64,000 nucleotides of DNA from a bacterium. GTDB lineage: Bacteria > Chloroflexota > Dormibacteria > Aeolococcales > Bog-877. The stretch is taken from NCBI GenBank assembly GCA_021795235.1, contig JAJYPP010000006.1, positions 3,333 through 67,332 on the forward strand, in the 5' to 3' direction. The position numbers and the translations under genes were made by a program. The notes under the pieces were generated by a model. That model was not told the origin of the DNA, did not search any database, and was given only the letters and a program-made list of their open reading frames with translations. The number at the start of each line of letters is the position of its first letter. Positions within the stretch are counted from its first letter, which is position 1. Shown here piece after piece: positions 47,051 to 56,051 of this stretch.

Positions 47051-47554
47051 ATGTCAAACGACCTGAGCCATGCCGCGAGCGTGCCGCCGTCAAGCTCCCA
47101 AGGAGCCCGTCCAGCTAGCCATGAGGACTTGGCAGCTCTGCTGGAGCTCATCTCCGGGGACGAGAAACACTCCTCAGCCTCGACCTCCACCCTGGACATC
47201 CTCTGGGTGCTCTACGACTGGGTTCTCAGGGTCAGGCCGGAGGCCGTGGATGATCCGGACCGGGACAGGTTCATCCTGTCCAAGGGACATGGGCCGGCCG
47301 CCTACTACGCGGTCCTGGCCGCCAAGGGCTTCATCGCGGCCGAGCTGCTTAGGGACTGGGCCAGCTTCGACTCTCCCCTGGGCCATCATCCCGATCGCCT
47401 GCTCATCCCCGGAGTGGAGATCTCCAGCGGCTCGCTGGGCCACGGGTTGCCGATCGCGGTCGGAGTGGCGCTGGGCCTCAGGATCCAGCGGCGACAGCTG
47501 CCCAGGGTCGTCTGCCTGGTCGGCGCCTTCCTCGCTCCGACCGCGTGTCGCTGA
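47051..47554 (+). pseudogene. Truncated transketolase N-terminal (TPP-binding) subunit
   Basis: DILWVLYDWVLR..DRDRFILSKGHGPAAYYAVLAAKGF...LGHHP...EISSGSLGHGLPIAVGVAL. The homology stops at VVCLVG, just before the expected GDG TPP motif, and the ORF ends 10 codons later, overlapping the MFS start. Confidence 0.6.
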
Positions 47555-48801
47555 GGCGAAAGCTGGGCCTGCCCGGGTGGAGGGGCCGGGGCCCGCTCCT
47601 GGCCGCCATGCTGGTGGACAGTCTGGGGAGCGGCCTGTTCCTGCCGTTCTCGATGATCTTCTTCCTGCGCACCACCGCGCTCACCCTGCCGGCGATCGGG
47701 GCGGCCCTGTCTCTGGCCGAGTTGATCAACATGCCCGGACTCTTGGTCTATGGGCAGCTGCTGGACCGAATGGGGCCGCGGGCGGTGGTCGGGATCGGCA
47801 ATCTGGTGTCGGCCGTCGGGTTCGTCGGCTTCCTGGCTGTCCACAGCGCACCCATGCTGGTCTTGTGCGCGACTCTGGTGGACTGTGGGTCGGGCCTGTT
47901 CTGGACGGCCAGCCCGGCTCTCATAAACCTGGCCGCCGACCCCGGCGAGCGCTCCCGGTGGTTTGGTCTGAGCCGCGTACTCCGCAACGCCGGCGTCGGG
48001 GTCGGAGCTCTGGCGGCGGCGGCGCTGGTCAGCGCGACCGGAGATCTGGGCCTGAGGATCCTGGTGGTCGCCAACTCGGCGAGCTTTCTGGGGGCATCGG
48101 CCCTGGTCGGTTGGTGGTGGCGCGGCCCGCTCTCGCCGCCGGTGCCGGTGCTGAAGCGCCGACCCAATCCTCAGAAATCCGGCTATCTGGAGGTCCTCCG
48201 CGACCGTCACTTCATGCGTCTCATGGCCGCCAACCTGGTGTTCGTTCTCTGCGGCGACTCCCTGATCCTGCTGCTGTCGGTCTACGTGAACCGCGACCTG
48301 CGCTCTCCCCTGGCGATCGCGGGGATGCTGTTCACGGTCAACACCGCCCTGGTGGTGCTGCTCCAGACCAGCCTCACCCGCCTGGCCGAGCGGACGGCGA
48401 AGCCCCGGGTGCTGCGCTGGTCGGCGGCCCTGTGGGGCGCGTCCTTCATCGTGCTGGGGGCGCTGGCCGTGGTGCCCAAAGAGCTGATAATCCCCGGCCT
48501 TCTGGTGGCGATCACGATCTTCACCGGGGCTGAGATGCTGGAGTCTCCGGCGATGTCCGATCTGGTCGTAACGCGCGCTGAGGGCCCCGCCCTGGGCCGC
48601 TATCTGGGGGTCAACCAGGTGTCCTGGGCGGTGGCCGGAGCGGCTTCTCCCATCCTATTCACCTGGCTCCTAAATCGCGGTCCCATGTGGCCCTGGCTGG
48701 TTCTCAGCGGCGCCTGCCTTGGCGCCATCCTGGTGCTGGAAGCGGGGGGGCCGGACCCTGGTCGGCTCCGGCGGCAGCGCACCGATGAGGGCGCCAGATG
48801 A
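47545..48801 (+). CDS. MFS transporter (12 TM)
   Basis: GTG start. Alternating TM pattern with the typical loop motif GQLLDRMGPR. Confidence 0.75.
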   Translation: MSLRRKLGLPGWRGRGPLLAAMLVDSLGSGLFLPFSMIFFLRTTALTLPAIGAALSLAELINMPGLLVYGQLLDRMGPRAVVGIGNLVSAVGFVGFLAVHSAPMLVLCATLVDCGSGLFWTASPALINLAADPGERSRWFGLSRVLRNAGVGVGALAAAALVSATGDLGLRILVVANSASFLGASALVGWWWRGPLSPPVPVLKRRPNPQKSGYLEVLRDRHFMRLMAANLVFVLCGDSLILLLSVYVNRDLRSPLAIAGMLFTVNTALVVLLQTSLTRLAERTAKPRVLRWSAALWGASFIVLGALAVVPKELIIPGLLVAITIFTGAEMLESPAMSDLVVTRAEGPALGRYLGVNQVSWAVAGAASPILFTWLLNRGPMWPWLVLSGACLGAILVLEAGGPDPGRLRRQRTDEGAR

Positions 48802-49077
48802 GACCCAGCCCGCGTGCGTCCGCACGGGCCTGGCTCACTGGCGGGAGCTTCCGCGTCGCTCCGGGTGGGACTCCCGGGCCCAGTCGCCCCTCCTGTCGCC
48901 GCGCGGCGAGAACCCGCTCAGGGGAGGGACGCGGCTGGCAAGCAATGTCGGCTTTGGCGAATCAGGTGAGGCATACCTGCTCCCGAAGCGGGCCGCGGGG
49001 CTGGACCAGCCGCCCCAGGGTGGGCGGGCGCTGCGCCCCACCACCTCGCCCAGGGGCCAGCGACACCGTCCCAGCCG

Positions 49078-49704
49078 TCACCTAATCGTGACCACGTCGC
49101 CGTCGGCCAGGGCGATCGTGACCGCCCCCAAACCGGGGCCCCCGCCGACCAGGACCAGGGCCGGGACGTCCTCGCCGAGCCAGTCACTGATGGCGGCCGG
49201 GTCGCCGCCGATTTCCACCTCCTGAAACCCGGTCGGCCGGAGGTCAGTCATCTCGCCCCCCTTGCCCGGATGGCGATCGGGATCGTCCCAGTTGATGAAG
49301 AATGGAAGTCTGCGAGCCGAGAACGCCTGCGCCATCGCGACGCTGCGCCAGCTCAGGGGCAGTCCGTCCTCGGTGATCCTGAGACCCGGCTCGACCGGGA
49401 GGTCGAGGCGAGAGGAGACAGAGGCCAGATCATCGACCTCCAAACACACGGCGAGGGGGCGCAGCTCGCCCTCTCTGGCCTCCGACAGCACCGCTCGCCC
49501 GAAGGGATTGCCAGCTGCGAGGTCCCTGTCCTCGACCGCTACCAGCTCCAGGTACTGATTCCCCATGGGCAGGATTAGGTTGGCGGTCCCGAACTTCGGG
49601 TGCCGGCCGCCGGCACAGGCCACCAGGCCGTGGGCGCGTCGGAGCTGGGCGGCTCCTCGGTCCAGGTCGGTCACGGCCACCAATACATGGTCGATGCGGG
49701 TCAT
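49078..49704 (-). CDS. VOC/glyoxalase-like domain protein
   Basis: IDHVLVAVTDLDRGAAQL...GTANLILPMGNQYLELVAV resembles the glyoxalase-like domain. 4-nt overlap with the upstream gene. Confidence 0.6.
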   Translation of the reverse strand: MTRIDHVLVAVTDLDRGAAQLRRAHGLVACAGGRHPKFGTANLILPMGNQYLELVAVEDRDLAAGNPFGRAVLSEAREGELRPLAVCLEVDDLASVSSRLDLPVEPGLRITEDGLPLSWRSVAMAQAFSARRLPFFINWDDPDRHPGKGGEMTDLRPTGFQEVEIGGDPAAISDWLGEDVPALVLVGGGPGLGAVTIALADGDVVTIR

Positions 49705-50579
49705 CGTGGGGGGATTCGCACCTCCACCTGGCCCGTGGCCGTGACGCGGGTCTCGAAGATGGGCAGGGCCATGCTGGCTGGCCCCTGGCAGACCGCGCCG
49801 GTGGAGAGCTCGAAGTTGGATCCGTGCCAGGGACAGGCGATCCGCCCGTCTTCAACCTTGCCCTCGTCCATCGGCCCCCCGGCGTGGGGGCAGACGGCCC
49901 CGACCGCGACCAACCGGGCGCCGACGCGGGTCAGGACGATCTCCGCGTCGCCGGCTCGCCGACGCAGGAGCGCTCCATCCTTGACCTCCTCATCCGCTGC
50001 CACCTCGGTCCAGTCCTCAGGGCCCTTGGCCCACGCGTTGCGGTTGACCTGGGTCCCCATCCTAAAGACCATGTCGCCGCCGAAGAAGGCCGCAAACGTG
50101 GCCAAACCATAGCCCAGGAGCGCGAAGGGCCTGGCACCTCGGCGCCGGCCGGCCACCCGCAGCAACAGGGAGCTCCCCAACAGGCCCAGGGCGGCGCCGT
50201 TCAGCAGTCCGTGGACGAATCCGGTCCGGCGCTCCGCGCCATAGGTGTCGTGCCAGTCCGCCACTCCGGAGGCTGCGGCCGCCAGGCCCGACGCGCAGCC
50301 GATACCCACCAGCAGGTCGGCCGCGTGACCCAGTCCCTCACCGCGACCGTGGTCGAGCAGGTCGAGCAGGGTGCTGCCGGTCCAGGCCCCGATGGGGACG
50401 TCCGTGAGGGCGGGATGGAGCGGATGGCCCAACCAGGTGCCGTTGAGCCCATCCTTGACCCTCTGGGCCACCGGTCCGCCTGCCGCTATCCGCTGGCTGA
50501 TCAGCTTTTGGAGCTGCCCCGCCGCGGGATCCAGGAAGTCCAGCCGATCCACGACTCGCTCCAAATCGAACAGCGCCAT
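49701..50579 (-). CDS. Membrane (DUF2231-like) domain fused to a Rieske [2Fe-2S] domain
   Basis: N-terminal LGHPLHPALTDVPIGAW plus TM helices. C-terminal CPHAGGPM...CPWHGSNF Rieske motifs. Confidence 0.75.
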   Translation of the reverse strand: MALFDLERVVDRLDFLDPAAGQLQKLISQRIAAGGPVAQRVKDGLNGTWLGHPLHPALTDVPIGAWTGSTLLDLLDHGRGEGLGHAADLLVGIGCASGLAAAASGVADWHDTYGAERRTGFVHGLLNGAALGLLGSSLLLRVAGRRRGARPFALLGYGLATFAAFFGGDMVFRMGTQVNRNAWAKGPEDWTEVAADEEVKDGALLRRRAGDAEIVLTRVGARLVAVGAVCPHAGGPMDEGKVEDGRIACPWHGSNFELSTGAVCQGPASMALPIFETRVTATGQVEVRIPPR

Positions 50580-50646
50580 CTCGCCACCTCCTCCAAGGAT
50601 TCGCCCGGGAAGCCGAAAGGCTCCGCCGGCTCGCCAAAATAGCCTA

Positions 50647-51351
50647 ATGCTGGTGGTGATCCTGGAGCCCGACCGTGATTACGCGGACCTCGCCTGCCAT
50701 CTCGTGAGCCAGCTGCCCGGCCTGGAAGCCGCGGTGGTGACCACCCCCGAGCTGCTCTGGCAGCGGATCCGCCAGGAGCAGCCGGCGGCGATCCTGGCCG
50801 ACCGGGAGCCGCTCCGGGGGCTGCGGGGCGTGCAGTCGGTGAGGAGCATGTCGACCGCACCCCTGGTGGTCACGACCTCGGAACTCGCGGAGACGGCGCC
50901 GCTGCTGGACGCCGGAGCCGACTACGTGCTGCCCCGGCCCTACCCACCCGCCGTTCTCAAGGCGACCCTCACAGCCATTCTCAGGCGCCGTCAGGCGGAA
51001 CGACGGGGGGCGGGCCGGGCCATCGAGGTGGGGCCGCTGCTGGTGGAGCCCTCCCGTCGCTCCGCCCGCATCGAGGGCAAGAGGCACTTCCTGAGTCCGC
51101 GCGAGGCGGACCTCCTGGAGTATCTGGCGGTCAACTCGGGTGCTGTGGTATCGCGCCGCCAGATCATCGAGGGCGCCTGGGGCGGCGACCCCAGGACCAC
51201 ACCTCAAGCGGTCACCATGTGCATGCACCGCTTGCGTCAGAAGCTCGAGGCCGACCCCAAGCTTCCGCAACTGCTGCGCACCCACCGCAGCGGCGGCTAC
51301 TTCCTGCAGCCCGCGCCGGCTGAGCCCCATTTGGCCCCTGTGAGCGAATGA
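50647..51351 (+). CDS. OmpR/PhoB-type winged-helix regulator with atypical receiver domain
   Basis: C-terminal LSPREADLLEYLAVNSGAVVSRRQIIEGAWG...VTMCMHRLRQKLE...RSGGYFL. The receiver has EPD instead of the DD acidic pair and R instead of the conserved K (LPRPY). Confidence 0.7.
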   Translation: MLVVILEPDRDYADLACHLVSQLPGLEAAVVTTPELLWQRIRQEQPAAILADREPLRGLRGVQSVRSMSTAPLVVTTSELAETAPLLDAGADYVLPRPYPPAVLKATLTAILRRRQAERRGAGRAIEVGPLLVEPSRRSARIEGKRHFLSPREADLLEYLAVNSGAVVSRRQIIEGAWGGDPRTTPQAVTMCMHRLRQKLEADPKLPQLLRTHRSGGYFLQPAPAEPHLAPVSE

Positions 51352-51364
51352 CGGAGCCGGTGAG

Positions 51365-52354
51365 GTGAGAGTGCTGGTCACCGGCGGCACCGGGTTCGTC
51401 GGGGCGGCGGTCGTGCGAGCCCTCTTGGAGCGTGGCCACCAGGTCCGCACTCTCGCCCGGGACCCCGGTCGGGCCGACCGCTCCCTCCCGGTGGAGTGCG
51501 TGCCGGCCGACGTCAACGACCGGGACGCGATGGCGAGCGCGGCCGCTGGATGCGGGGCCGTGATCCACTGTGCCGCGGACTACCGCCTGGCGGTGATGGC
51601 GAAGGATGTTGCCCCGATGATCTGCACCAACGTCGGCGGCACCCTCAACGTCCTGCTGGCGGCTCGGGCGGCGGGAGTGACGCGGGTGGTCCACTGCAGC
51701 ACCGTGGGCACGCTGGCCTTCGACCGCACCGGCAGAGTCTGCTCCGAGGAGGACCGGGCCCCCGGCGCGGATCGGCTGGCCGGTACCTACAAGCGGTCCA
51801 AGTGGGCGGCCGAGCAGCTCGCGCTCGGCTGGGACGAGCCCGAGGTGGTGGTGGTCCAGCCCAGCACGCCGGTGGGGACTGGCGACTGGCGACCCACCCC
51901 GACCGGAGCCACCATTCGAGACTTTCTCCGCGGGCGCATCCCCGCCGCGATCGCGACCGGCCTGAACCTGGTGGATGTGGAGGCGGTTGGCCGGGGCCAT
52001 GTCCTCGCCCTTGAGCGGGGCCAGGCCGGGCGGAGCTACATCCTGGGTGATCGCAACCTGACCCTGGTGGCGCTGCTGGAGGCAGTGGCGGCGGAGGCAG
52101 GGGTCTCGCCGCCACGCTGGAAGCTGCCCTTGGGAGCGGCCTTCGTGGCCGCCGCCGCCAGTGAGGCTGCGGCCAGACTGCGGAGGCGCGCTCCCGCCAT
52201 TCCGATGACGTCGGTCAGAATGGCGGCGCACCCCATGTGGGTCGACTCCAGCCGCGCCATCCGGGAGCTGGGCTGGTCCCCTGGCGACCTGGGCCGGGCG
52301 CTACGAGACTCGGTGCGCGACCTCGGCGGCCGGCCCGTCGGCGGACACTGCTGA
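51365..52354 (+). CDS. hpnA: NAD-dependent epimerase/dehydratase, hopanoid-associated (HpnA-like)
   Basis: VLVTGGTGFVGAAVVRALLERGHQVR Rossmann motif and YKRSK active-site motif. The assignment to hpnA rests on the hopanoid cluster context. Confidence 0.6.
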   Translation: MRVLVTGGTGFVGAAVVRALLERGHQVRTLARDPGRADRSLPVECVPADVNDRDAMASAAAGCGAVIHCAADYRLAVMAKDVAPMICTNVGGTLNVLLAARAAGVTRVVHCSTVGTLAFDRTGRVCSEEDRAPGADRLAGTYKRSKWAAEQLALGWDEPEVVVVQPSTPVGTGDWRPTPTGATIRDFLRGRIPAAIATGLNLVDVEAVGRGHVLALERGQAGRSYILGDRNLTLVALLEAVAAEAGVSPPRWKLPLGAAFVAAAASEAAARLRRRAPAIPMTSVRMAAHPMWVDSSRAIRELGWSPGDLGRALRDSVRDLGGRPVGGHC

Positions 52355-52355
52355 G

Positions 52356-53831
52356 TTGCCTGCGGTCCTGCTGCCGGTTCTGGGACGCTGGTACTCGTTT
52401 GCGCCCTGGGCCCTGGTGGCGGCGGTGGTCTGGCGCCGTCACGGTCTCAGGGCGGCTGGGGCCATGGTTCTGGGCGGCTGGGCGATCGCCTTCGCCGCCG
52501 AGTGGGCGTCCACGGCCGGTCCTGGAATCCCCTTCGGGGTCTACCACTACCGCCTCGCGGGGCTGCGGCACGACTGGCTCGTCCTGGGAGTGCCGGTCTT
52601 CGACAGCGTCAGTTTCACCTGGCTCGCCTACTGCGCCTACACGTTGGTGGGCTGGCTCGGGGCGCGACGCGGGCGGCGCCTCCTCCTGGGGGCCCTGGTG
52701 ATGGTCGCAATCGACCTGCTGGTCGACCCGGTCGCTCTGCGAGGAGCGCGCTGGTTCCTGGGATCCATCTACTCCTACCCCCCCGGCTCAGGGGCATGGT
52801 TCGGCGTCTCCTACCTCAATTACGGGGGCTGGTTGGTGGTCGGATTGGCCCTGCAATTCTGGCTCCGGCTGTGCCTCGGCGAGACCCGGCCCCAGGGCTC
52901 GGCCGGGCTGCTGGTGAGCGGCGTGCTGGTGATCGGGGTCTATCTGCAGAGCGCGGTGCTGGCGGTGGCGCTGGGAGTTGGCCCGACCGCTCTCGCCTGC
53001 CTCGGGGCGCTGCTGGCGGCGGGCGCCCTGGCTCGGTGGCCGCGGCCCCAGTCCCCCTCTCGAGCCGGCCCGCCCCTGCTGGTCGCCTGCGCTCTCAGCT
53101 CGGAAGCCAGGGCGGCCCGGGCCGCCCTGCCCGGGCGCTGGGAACGGAGCCGCTCTGGCGGCCTGGTCAGGTGGGCAAGCACCGGCCTGGCGGTCGAGGT
53201 CTGGGAGACCGGCATGGGGCAGACCGCCGCTCGAGCCGGCGCCCGCCGGGCTCCATCTGGCAGCCCGGTCCTGGTGGCGGGGGTGGCCGGGGGTTGCGCT
53301 CCCGGCTGGGAGCTGGGCATGGTCGGGGTGGCGAGCTCGGTCCTCACCCCGGCCGGGGCCTGGGTGAGAACGGACCAGGTCCACACCGACCGCCTGCTGC
53401 TGGCGGGAGCGGGACGGCCCTGCCGGCTGGCCAGCGTGGCGGGGATCGCCGACGAGCCGGATGCCAGGGACCGTCTGGTGGAGCGGGGCTCGGACCTGGT
53501 GGAGATGGAGACGGCCGCCTGGCTGGAGGAGAGAGGTCCGGGGGTGACGGCGCTGCGGGTTGTGCTCGACACTCGCGATCAGCCGCTGGGTCCCGCCGGC
53601 CAGTTGCTGCGCCTCGGAGGCCGCGGTCCGTCGCCGGGTCTCCTTCTGACCCTGCTGGCGAGGCACCCCATGGCTGTCCCCTCGCTGATCGCGGTGGGGA
53701 GGCGTCAGCGGGCCGCCCTTGCAGCCCTGACCAAGGGTGTGGCGATCGCCCTGGAGGTCATGCGAGAACTGCCGGCCGCCACGGTCCCGGGCGGCGCGCC
53801 GGAGCCGCCTCAGGGAGGCGGCAGCACCTGA
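52356..53831 (+). CDS. Fusion: carotenoid-biosynthesis-like membrane domain (DUF422-type) + HpnG-like nucleosidase/phosphorylase domain
   Basis: N-terminal ~230 aa are TM-rich with EWASTAGPGIPFGVYHY. C-terminal LLVACALSSEARAA...VLVAGVAGG...DLVEMETAAW resembles the MTA/SAH-nucleosidase (PNP_UDP_1) fold used by HpnG. Uninterrupted 491-aa ORF. Confidence 0.55.
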   Translation: MPAVLLPVLGRWYSFAPWALVAAVVWRRHGLRAAGAMVLGGWAIAFAAEWASTAGPGIPFGVYHYRLAGLRHDWLVLGVPVFDSVSFTWLAYCAYTLVGWLGARRGRRLLLGALVMVAIDLLVDPVALRGARWFLGSIYSYPPGSGAWFGVSYLNYGGWLVVGLALQFWLRLCLGETRPQGSAGLLVSGVLVIGVYLQSAVLAVALGVGPTALACLGALLAAGALARWPRPQSPSRAGPPLLVACALSSEARAARAALPGRWERSRSGGLVRWASTGLAVEVWETGMGQTAARAGARRAPSGSPVLVAGVAGGCAPGWELGMVGVASSVLTPAGAWVRTDQVHTDRLLLAGAGRPCRLASVAGIADEPDARDRLVERGSDLVEMETAAWLEERGPGVTALRVVLDTRDQPLGPAGQLLRLGGRGPSPGLLLTLLARHPMAVPSLIAVGRRQRAALAALTKGVAIALEVMRELPAATVPGGAPEPPQGGGST

Positions 53832-53832
53832 G

Positions 53833-55173
53833 TCAGGCGGCAGCGGCCGCCGCCGCCCCCGAGCGGACGGCACCCTCCATGGTAGCCGGCCAGCCGGTAG
53901 CAGTCCAGCTTCCGGCCACCACCAACCCCGGCACGCTGGTGAGAGGGCCGGGACGAAGCCGGCTCGAACCGGTGACCGGCGCGAAGGTCGCGTGGGCCTC
54001 GCGGGTGACCCGGGAGCCGAGCAGCCGGGCTCTGGAGGCGGCCGGGAATGTCGAGCGGCAGAGCTCCCACATGGTCTTGACGAGCCGGTCCTCCCCCACG
54101 CCTATCTCATCCTCGGCGGCGGAGATCGAGATCGCCGAGTGGTGGATCCCCTCCATGAGGCCCTCCCCGGGGCTCAGTGCGGAGCGATCGAACAGCCACT
54201 GCAGAGGGGAGCGCGGGACCACCACCACGGGGTGGGGGAGAAAGGGGCGATCGGTGAAGAGGTGCACGTTCACGATCGGGGAATCGGGGAGCTCGGCTGC
54301 CCGCTCCAGCGCGGGGTCGCTGAGCCCGCCTCGGCGCAGCAGCCCCAGGGCATGTGCCGCCCTGGTGGCCAGCACCACGCGGTCCGCGCTCAGGCTCGAT
54401 CCCTGGTCGTCCGTCACCTGCAGGCGACCGTCGGCACCTCGGCTCACGCCCTGGGCGCGAACGCGCAGCCGGACCTCCACCCCCGCTCTCGCAAGGGCCC
54501 GCTCCGACGGCGGCCCGAGCCATGAGGTCAGGTCTGTCCCTGGAACGCGCAGGGCTGCCCCCGAGGCCGAACCCAAGAGCCCCTCGCGGATCACCTGGGC
54601 GGCGGCGGCGGCGCTGCAGGAGTCGAGATCCAGGTTGCAGGCGGCGACCAGCAGGGGCTCCCACACTGCCCGGATGATGGCGGGGCTCTGCCCCAGGCTC
54701 TCCAGCCAACTCAGGGCGGGCACGTCGTCCAGCTGCTGCGGGCCGGTCGAGCGGAGGCTCGACAGCACTCGCCGGGCACCGGCCACTTGGCCTCTGGGCA
54801 GACCTGGCCAGCGAGCCAGCATCGGGAGCAGGTGGAGGGGAGGAGGGAGCGGTGCCGCCCGCAGCAATCTGGTCTCAGCGGTGGCGGGGTCGACCACCAT
54901 CAGCTCGAGGCGGCGCTGGCGCAAGGAGGGGCGCACTCCCAGGCGCGCCAGCAGGAGCTCGAGCTGGGTGCAGCAGCCCAGGTAGACATGCTGGCCGGTG
55001 TCCACCCTGCCCATGGTCGGGTCCGGAATGGATCGGCACAGACCTCCCAGCGCCGGGGCCCGCTCGAGGAGACGTACCCGCTGCCCCCGGTCGGCCAGGT
55101 GAAGTGCGGAGGAGATCCCGGCCAGGCCGCCACCGATGACGACCGTCTCCAGGCCCGGGCGCTGGTCGCTCAC
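53833..55173 (-). CDS. hpnE: Hydroxysqualene dehydroxylase (FAD amine-oxidase fold)
   Basis: VVIGGGLAGISSALHLADRGQRVRLLERAPALGGL. 4-nt overlap with the hpnD stop. Cluster context. Confidence 0.75.
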   Translation of the reverse strand: MSDQRPGLETVVIGGGLAGISSALHLADRGQRVRLLERAPALGGLCRSIPDPTMGRVDTGQHVYLGCCTQLELLLARLGVRPSLRQRRLELMVVDPATAETRLLRAAPLPPPLHLLPMLARWPGLPRGQVAGARRVLSSLRSTGPQQLDDVPALSWLESLGQSPAIIRAVWEPLLVAACNLDLDSCSAAAAAQVIREGLLGSASGAALRVPGTDLTSWLGPPSERALARAGVEVRLRVRAQGVSRGADGRLQVTDDQGSSLSADRVVLATRAAHALGLLRRGGLSDPALERAAELPDSPIVNVHLFTDRPFLPHPVVVVPRSPLQWLFDRSALSPGEGLMEGIHHSAISISAAEDEIGVGEDRLVKTMWELCRSTFPAASRARLLGSRVTREAHATFAPVTGSSRLRPGPLTSVPGLVVAGSWTATGWPATMEGAVRSGAAAAAAA

Positions 55174-56051
55174 GGGGCCAGCGTGGCGCGCAGCCAGGCG
55201 GAGAGCGCCAGGCTCACCTTGCGACCCGGGTGGAGCGACAGCCGGCCGGACTGGACGTCGAAGTCGCGGCGCCGCAGCTCCACCAGCAGGCGCATGTAGA
55301 GGGCCGCCAGGGCGGCGGGGCAGCCTCTGGCGTCGCGGTGCACCAGCGGCACCAGCTTGAGCCCCTCCGCGAAGTGCCGCTCCGCCCGGCCAAGCTCGAA
55401 GGACATCAGCCCCCGGTAGCCCGCGGCGTGGGGGCCCACGGTGCCCTGCAACAGGTCCGCCCTGGTCAGGGAGAACCGGTCGAGGTCCTCCGTCGGGAGG
55501 TAGCAGCGGTCGTTGCCGAGGTCCTCCGCCAGATCCCGCAGGATGTTGGTCAGCTGCATCGCCTCCCCCAGCTCCACCGCCAGGGCTTCCACGCGCGGAT
55601 CCGAGTAGCCGAAGATGCGCGCGCTGAGCAGGCCCACGGTCCCCGCCACGCCGAAGCTGTAGCGCTTGAGGTCAGCCTCGGTGCGGATGAGGAGCGGGGC
55701 GCAGTCGGCGCGGCAGCCATCGATCACCCCATGCAGGTGCTGGGGATCGAGATGAAAGCGGTCGGCGGAGTCGGCCAGGGTCAGCCACTCAGGACCGGTC
55801 GGACTGCCCTCCAGGGCGCGGACCAGCAGCAAGCGGTAGGCCTCCAGACGGTCCCGGCGCTCCGCGGCCGGACCCTGACCGTCGGCGATGTCATCCGCGC
55901 CCCGACAGAAGCGGTAGACCGCATGGAGGGCGCGCCGCTTGGCGGAAGGCAGGAGCTGGAAGGCGTAGTAGAAGTTGCCCGCGGACCGGCGCACCTCGCG
56001 GGCGCACTGGCGGTAGGCGGCGTCCAGCTCCGGGGCGAGCGCGCCGCTCAC
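55170..56051 (-). CDS. hpnD: Presqualene diphosphate synthase
   Basis: SAGNFYYAFQLLPSAKRRALHAVYRFCRGADDIADG and NILRDLAEDLGNDRCYLP (squalene/phytoene synthase Asp-rich motifs). GTG 56051 gives a GTGA overlap with hpnC. Confidence 0.8.
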   Translation of the reverse strand: MSGALAPELDAAYRQCAREVRRSAGNFYYAFQLLPSAKRRALHAVYRFCRGADDIADGQGPAAERRDRLEAYRLLLVRALEGSPTGPEWLTLADSADRFHLDPQHLHGVIDGCRADCAPLLIRTEADLKRYSFGVAGTVGLLSARIFGYSDPRVEALAVELGEAMQLTNILRDLAEDLGNDRCYLPTEDLDRFSLTRADLLQGTVGPHAAGYRGLMSFELGRAERHFAEGLKLVPLVHRDARGCPAALAALYMRLLVELRRRDFDVQSGRLSLHPGRKVSLALSAWLRATLAP

